Below are positions 39,505 to 44,253 of a DNA stretch of 44,253 nucleotides, piece after piece. The stretch comes from Promethearchaeota archaeon. GTDB taxonomy: Archaea > Asgardarchaeota > Lokiarchaeia > Sigyniarchaeales > SOKP01. The stretch spans positions 1 to 44,253 of the forward strand of contig JBHLNZ010000026.1 of NCBI GenBank assembly GCA_048941015.1, in the 5' to 3' direction. Numbering within the stretch: position 1 is the first letter of the stretch; each line of letters starts with the position of its first letter. The translations under genes were made by a program, and so were the position numbers. Under the pieces are notes generated by a model, which saw only the letters and a program-made list of their open reading frames with translations, did not search any database and was not told the origin of the DNA.

Positions 39505-40110
39505 TTGAAAAGATCTATTGAAATTGAAAAGGAGATTTTATATACATTTAAGATAGTGATTGTAGGGGGCCCAAGTGTCGGTAAAACTTGCCTTTTTAAT
39601 CGATTCTGTTTTAATTCCTTTAATTTTGATAGTTCAATGACAATAGGTCTCAATTTTCATTCAATAAATTTAAAAATAGTGGATAAATACAAGCAAGATT
39701 TTTCGAATGAAATCTATATAGTTAATTCAATTTTTGATTTTGGTGGACAAGAGCGTTTCAAACCGTTAATTCCTAAATTTTTAGGAGGAGCTAATGGTGC
39801 TTTATTAGTTTTTGATCTAACAAATAGATTATCATTAGAACAACTTGATTTTTGGTATGACGCTCTCATAAAATATGCACAAGGTTCAATAATTCCAAAA
39901 ATGTTAGTAGGAAGTAAAATTGATTTATTAGAGAAAGCACATAACGGGCAGTTTATCAATAAAACAAAGATCAAAGAAATTATAAAAGAAAAACAATTAG
40001 ATGGTTATTATGAAACTTCTGCACTTAAGAATTTAAATGTAGTAGACGTATTTAAACAGTTAAATAATCTAATGCTAAAAAGTCAAAACCTTCCCTATGT
40101 TATTTATTAG
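39505..40110 (+). CDS. Rab-like small GTPase
   Basis: G1 GGPSVGKT, G2 TIG, G3 DFGGQERF, G4 SKID, G5 ETSAL; no C-terminal Cys prenylation motif. Confidence 0.9.
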   Translation: MKRSIEIEKEILYTFKIVIVGGPSVGKTCLFNRFCFNSFNFDSSMTIGLNFHSINLKIVDKYKQDFSNEIYIVNSIFDFGGQERFKPLIPKFLGGANGALLVFDLTNRLSLEQLDFWYDALIKYAQGSIIPKMLVGSKIDLLEKAHNGQFINKTKIKEIIKEKQLDGYYETSALKNLNVVDVFKQLNNLMLKSQNLPYVIY

Positions 40111-40126
40111 GTTTAACAAATTTTGA

Positions 40127-41200
40127 TCAAAAATCTCTCATATAAATGTAATCGGAAAATTCATTAAAGAAATTCTTTTGTTCTTTGTTTAAGTCTGGAT
40201 ATATGTCTTTTAAATTACTCTTTGCTTGGGCAATCAAATTTTTAGAAAAATGTTCTGCAATTATGATAGCATTAGTCTCAGCAAAAATCTGCATAACATT
40301 TTGAATATCTTTCTTACTAAGTTCATCTTTTTGGTAAATATCATTTAATACTCTTGATTGTTCTTCATCAGTATTTTGTACTGCAAAAATGTAAATAATT
40401 TTTTTTTTCTTATTTTTTATATCTTCTTTAAGATCTAGAATATCATCTCTAATTGCATAAGCTTGGCCAATTTGCAACATTGCTTTACTTAAGGGTTCTA
40501 TTTGATAGTGTAAATTCCCTTTAGCTAAAATTGCTCCTATTTTTACTGACTTTTCTAATAAACTGGCTCTTTGTAAATCAGCGATATTAAGATACTGTTC
40601 TAGAGACATGGTAACTTTATGATAATTCATATATTCTTCTATAATTTGTCCTTTTATTAAATAATCCATCGCAGTTGTATATTCATTAATTGCCAGTAAT
40701 TTAAGATGTTCAGGAAATTTAGAAGCTTTAATTACATCTAAACCTAATAGGTATCCTTGAATTCCTCCTAATATGCTCATATCCCTTCCATACATATTAA
40801 TTATTTGGTCTTTATTAGAAAATTCTAAATTTTTATAGACTTTATTAATCTCATTCTTTAACTGTATATGGAAGGTAGGATTACTTCTTCTTTTTTCATC
40901 CTCATCTATTAGATCATCATGTATAAGGTAACCGCTATGCAATAATTCTACAGATATGGATAACTTATTTATTTGTTCAATTTGATTACTTAAATATATA
41001 GGATTAACAATACCAATAAATGAAGCAATTAATAATATTGGATGTAGTCTCTTCGCTTTTTCATTTAAAATAAATGTTTTTAATTGGGACACAAAATCTT
41101 TTAGCAATACTTCCTGTTCATTATTATTTAAAGTAATAAAGTAACTTTCTAGTTCTTTATCGACGATATCCTTCTCTGTTTTTAGGAATTCTTCAATCAT
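40127..41200 (-). CDS. Polyprenyl diphosphate synthase (GGPP synthase-like)
   Basis: KRLHP, FARM HDDLID..RR, GQ, SARM DDILD. Confidence 0.85.
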   Translation of the reverse strand: MIEEFLKTEKDIVDKELESYFITLNNNEQEVLLKDFVSQLKTFILNEKAKRLHPILLIASFIGIVNPIYLSNQIEQINKLSISVELLHSGYLIHDDLIDEDEKRRSNPTFHIQLKNEINKVYKNLEFSNKDQIINMYGRDMSILGGIQGYLLGLDVIKASKFPEHLKLLAINEYTTAMDYLIKGQIIEEYMNYHKVTMSLEQYLNIADLQRASLLEKSVKIGAILAKGNLHYQIEPLSKAMLQIGQAYAIRDDILDLKEDIKNKKKKIIYIFAVQNTDEEQSRVLNDIYQKDELSKKDIQNVMQIFAETNAIIIAEHFSKNLIAQAKSNLKDIYPDLNKEQKNFFNEFSDYIYMRDF

Positions 41201-41342
41201 TTTAAATTTTTAAAATTTTAATTGATGTATGCTATTAATATTAAAGATATTTATTTATCTTTTTATGTCAATAACATTTTTATTCCTTTTAACACAATTA
41301 ATTCTTAAATTTATCATTTTTTATAAAAAGGAAGTAAAAATA

Positions 41343-41855
41343 ATGTTAATAGGAGTTATATCCGATACACATGATAATCGTGATAACATCTTAAAAGCAG
41401 TTAAGATATTAAATGAGAGAAATGTTGATATGCTTATTCACTGTGGTGATTATGTAGCGCCATTTGTTAGAAAATGGTTTGATGAGCTTAATAATTCAAT
41501 AAAAGAGAATTTTTACGGAGTATTTGGAAATAATGATGGAGATCACCCCTTTCTGAAAAAAAACTTAGGACAAATATGTGAGTTTGTTGAAAACGGTTAT
41601 GAATTAATTTTAGAAAGAGAGGATAAAAGAATTTACGCATCCCATATGCCTAAACCTGAGACTATTGAAGCTTTGGCACAGTCTGGTAAGTTTGATATAA
41701 TATTATCGGGACATACCCATACTATGGTTAATAAGAAGTATGATAATGGAGTATTAGTCGTAAATCCAGGAGAAGCTTGTGGATATTTAACTGAAAGAGC
41801 TACTTTCGCGATTATTGATACAGAAAAAATGAAAGCAGAAATCATAAAAATATAA
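41343..41855 (+). CDS. YfcE/MJ0936-family metallophosphodiesterase (start corrected from 41229)
   Basis: SDTHD, HCGD, GNND, GHTH, NPG; ATG 41343 follows an AGGAAG SD-like motif. Confidence 0.9.
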   Translation: MLIGVISDTHDNRDNILKAVKILNERNVDMLIHCGDYVAPFVRKWFDELNNSIKENFYGVFGNNDGDHPFLKKNLGQICEFVENGYELILEREDKRIYASHMPKPETIEALAQSGKFDIILSGHTHTMVNKKYDNGVLVVNPGEACGYLTERATFAIIDTEKMKAEIIKI

Positions 41856-41973
41856 GGGTTAAAAATACTTCAAATGAGACATATATAATATCTAAACAAT
41901 AATATAGATTTGAAATAATTACATAGATTAACTTTTAAAAGATTTTTTTATAGATTTACCATTATTTATTATT

Positions 41974-43191
41974 ATGGTTTTACCTTTAGAGAATATTACT
42001 GTTTTAGACCTAACTCGTATGCTTCCTGGTCCTTATTGTTCAATGATTTTATCAGATTTAGGAGCGAATATTATACATATTAATGATCCAAAATATTTTT
42101 ATGGAAATCCACCCCCCTTTTTCCAGAAAGGAAGATATAAGGAGAGTGCTTTTAATTCAATTTTAATGAGAAATAAAAAATCAATCACTCTAAATCTTAA
42201 GAAGCTAGAAGCACTTGAGATATTTTATGAATTAGTGAAAAAATCTGATGTAATTCTTGAAACCTTTCGTCCAAAAGTTACAAATAAATTAAAGATAGAT
42301 TATGAAACCATTTCAAAAATAAATAGCTCCATAATTTATTGCTCTTTAACCGGCTATGGTCAAAATGGTCCTTATGAGCAAGTAGCGGGACATGATTTAA
42401 ACTATATCGGAATCTGTGGAATATTAGATCTCAACAAAGAAAGAAATATATTTGGATTAAAAAATCAAGAACGTAAACCATTAGTTCCAGGAGTTCAAGC
42501 AGCAGATATTGGCGGAGGTTTGGTCTCAACAATAGCAATATTAGGAGCTTTAATAGAAAGAGAAAAAAATCCTGAGAGAAAAGGACAAAATATTGATATT
42601 TCGATGACTGACTGTGTATTTTCATTTATGCCGATGGCAGCTGCATTTGAATTTTCTAAATATTTGAATGATGGGTCGATTGAACCAAAAAATCCTTTAC
42701 ACGGAGATTTTCCTTTTTATTCTGTTTTTCGAACTAAAGATAATAAATATTTATCAATAGGGGCAATTGAAATTAAATTTTGGCGCGAGGTTTGTAAAGG
42801 TATTGGACGTGAAGATTTAATGCAAAAGGGAAACACGCTAGGTGAAGAGAAAGAAAAAGTGTTTCAAGAAATGCAAAAAGAATTTTTAAAAAAAACGCAA
42901 GATGAATGGATGAAAATTTTTATCAAATTGGATTCATGTGTTATGCCAGTTAAAACATTCAGTGAAGCTTGCAATGATCCTCAAATTGCAGCTCGCAATA
43001 TGGTTGTCGAATTAAATCATCCTAAATTTGGAAAAGTTCAAAATATTGCTTCTCCTATTAAATATTCGAGAACTCCATTGACAATTAAAACTCTTGCTCC
43101 ACAAATAGGGCAACATACTGTTGAAATAATGAAATGGTTGAAATATGATGAAGATCAGATAAAGAGTTTCAAAAAAAAAGGGGTAATTTAA
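41974..43191 (+). CDS. CaiB/BaiF family III CoA-transferase / alpha-methylacyl-CoA racemase-like
   Basis: VLDLTRMLPGP, RNKKSI, ETFRP, GYGQNGPY..GHD, ADIGGG, APQIGQHT. Confidence 0.92.
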   Translation: MVLPLENITVLDLTRMLPGPYCSMILSDLGANIIHINDPKYFYGNPPPFFQKGRYKESAFNSILMRNKKSITLNLKKLEALEIFYELVKKSDVILETFRPKVTNKLKIDYETISKINSSIIYCSLTGYGQNGPYEQVAGHDLNYIGICGILDLNKERNIFGLKNQERKPLVPGVQAADIGGGLVSTIAILGALIEREKNPERKGQNIDISMTDCVFSFMPMAAAFEFSKYLNDGSIEPKNPLHGDFPFYSVFRTKDNKYLSIGAIEIKFWREVCKGIGREDLMQKGNTLGEEKEKVFQEMQKEFLKKTQDEWMKIFIKLDSCVMPVKTFSEACNDPQIAARNMVVELNHPKFGKVQNIASPIKYSRTPLTIKTLAPQIGQHTVEIMKWLKYDEDQIKSFKKKGVI

Positions 43192-43291
43192 AAGTTATTC
43201 CTCCCTTTTTCAAAATTCCTAACAAATTTATTAATACTTCACGTTACAATATTATTAAATAATTAACTAAATCTAAAGGATTGAATCAAGA

Positions 43292-44221
43292 TTGTCTGAA
43301 TTTTGCATTTATTGCGGAGCTCCTATAAAAAATGGATACGATTTTTGTATTGAATGTGGAAAGGCTATTTCTCAAGATTCTTCCGAAACAAAAAAATCTT
43401 ATACAGGAAAAAGCAAAGAATTAGAGATTAAAAATAAAGAAAAAAAAGAATCAAAATACATTCTTAATAATAATCAACGTAAAATTCTATTAAATAAAGC
43501 TTTCCCAATCTTATTGATTGGTTCAATTATATGGCTATCTGGGGAATTAATCTTTAGTTATATTTTCTTTGAATTAGAATTCAACCAGCAATTTTTTATT
43601 TTCTATATTTCCATGGTAATAGTGGAAATATTATTATTTTTAGGACTTTATTTTGCTTCAAAAGCGAATAAAATCTTACTAGGGCTTCTTTTACTCTTCT
43701 CATTTTCATTTATTGCGGGAATACTAAGTTTACCAATTGTTATCTTCACAGAATTTTTACCACAAGTCCATATGTTTGTTAGTTTATCATTGGGGGCCTG
43801 CGCAATTGTATATTTTATAGGAATTACGTTAAGGGAAAAATATTTTTCTAAAGGGTATATATGGGCTCATCTTATTCTTTATGGATTTGGATGCCTAATA
43901 GTAGAAATTATATTCATTATTATATTTGAAATTCAGAATTATCTATTGACAATTCCTATTAGCTTAGCATATATCTCTGTTGTAGCACTTACAATCATGT
44001 TTTATGGAGCAAAAGTTGTAAAGAAAAGAGAAGCTAACCCTTGGTTGGTTACCGTTTTTAGAATTCTTGGAATGTTATTCTTAGCCCTCTTACTAGCAAT
44101 AGTTATTGTAGTTATAGTATTAATAATTATATTATTAGCTATTGCCGCGGGAGATTCAAATATTGATTTTGGAGGTCTTAGTGGTGGATCTTGGAGTAGA
44201 AAAAAGAAAAAAAAAGTCTAA
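43292..44221 (+). CDS. Zinc-ribbon plus multi-TM membrane protein (possibly Bax inhibitor-1/YccA-like)
   Basis: N-terminal CIYC...CIEC; about 7 TM helices; LLLFSFSFIAGILSLPI resembles BI-1 TM3; poly-K tail. Confidence 0.55.
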   Translation: MSEFCIYCGAPIKNGYDFCIECGKAISQDSSETKKSYTGKSKELEIKNKEKKESKYILNNNQRKILLNKAFPILLIGSIIWLSGELIFSYIFFELEFNQQFFIFYISMVIVEILLFLGLYFASKANKILLGLLLLFSFSFIAGILSLPIVIFTEFLPQVHMFVSLSLGACAIVYFIGITLREKYFSKGYIWAHLILYGFGCLIVEIIFIIIFEIQNYLLTIPISLAYISVVALTIMFYGAKVVKKREANPWLVTVFRILGMLFLALLLAIVIVVIVLIIILLAIAAGDSNIDFGGLSGGSWSRKKKKKV

Positions 44222-44253
44222 AATTCTAAAATTAATTTATTTTTTATTTATTG

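Noticed and set aside
41229-41342. Hydrophobic N-terminal extension on the phosphodiesterase
   Set aside because: Translation of AT-rich intergenic DNA; the family begins at MxIGVISDTH, and ATG 41343 has an SD-like motif.
1974-42625. Numerous 60-134 aa ORFs opposite or overlapping longer genes (e.g. 1974, 4830, 6777, 12359, 19400, 27851, 39459, 42431)
   Set aside because: They lie on or against well-supported genes and have no motifs; typical shadow ORFs.
1-44253. CRISPR arrays, tRNA/rRNA, transposases, integrases, recognisable defence systems
   Set aside because: No spaced direct repeats, GC-rich structural RNA stretches or matching protein motifs seen by eye.

Overview
A very AT-rich, gene-dense archaeal chromosome segment, most likely from an Asgard archaeon (Lokiarchaeia-like). 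This is inferred from an actin-family protein, a Rab-like small GTPase, two longin-domain proteins, a HEAT/winged-helix (PCI/UFL1-like) protein and a soluble PAS histidine kinase. About 40 CDSs are present, including housekeeping and metabolic genes (thrC-like, folD, purH, guaB, PfkB kinase, GH20, CoA-transferase, polyprenyl synthase, Ski2-like helicase, ZIP transporter plus DtxR). I found no rRNA, tRNA, CRISPR array or mobile element. The most notable observations are: (1) an operon of two paralogous stand-alone 7TM proteins flanking a small helical protein, directly upstream of a membrane-less PAS kinase; (2) an actin-related protein lacking the Q137/H161 catalytic equivalents and carrying a double zinc-ribbon insertion; (3) a longin protein paired with a degenerate DRG GTPase; (4) apparent ATT/ATC start codons in up to three genes; (5) several unusual fusions. 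All family calls come from motif recognition by eye, not from database searches.
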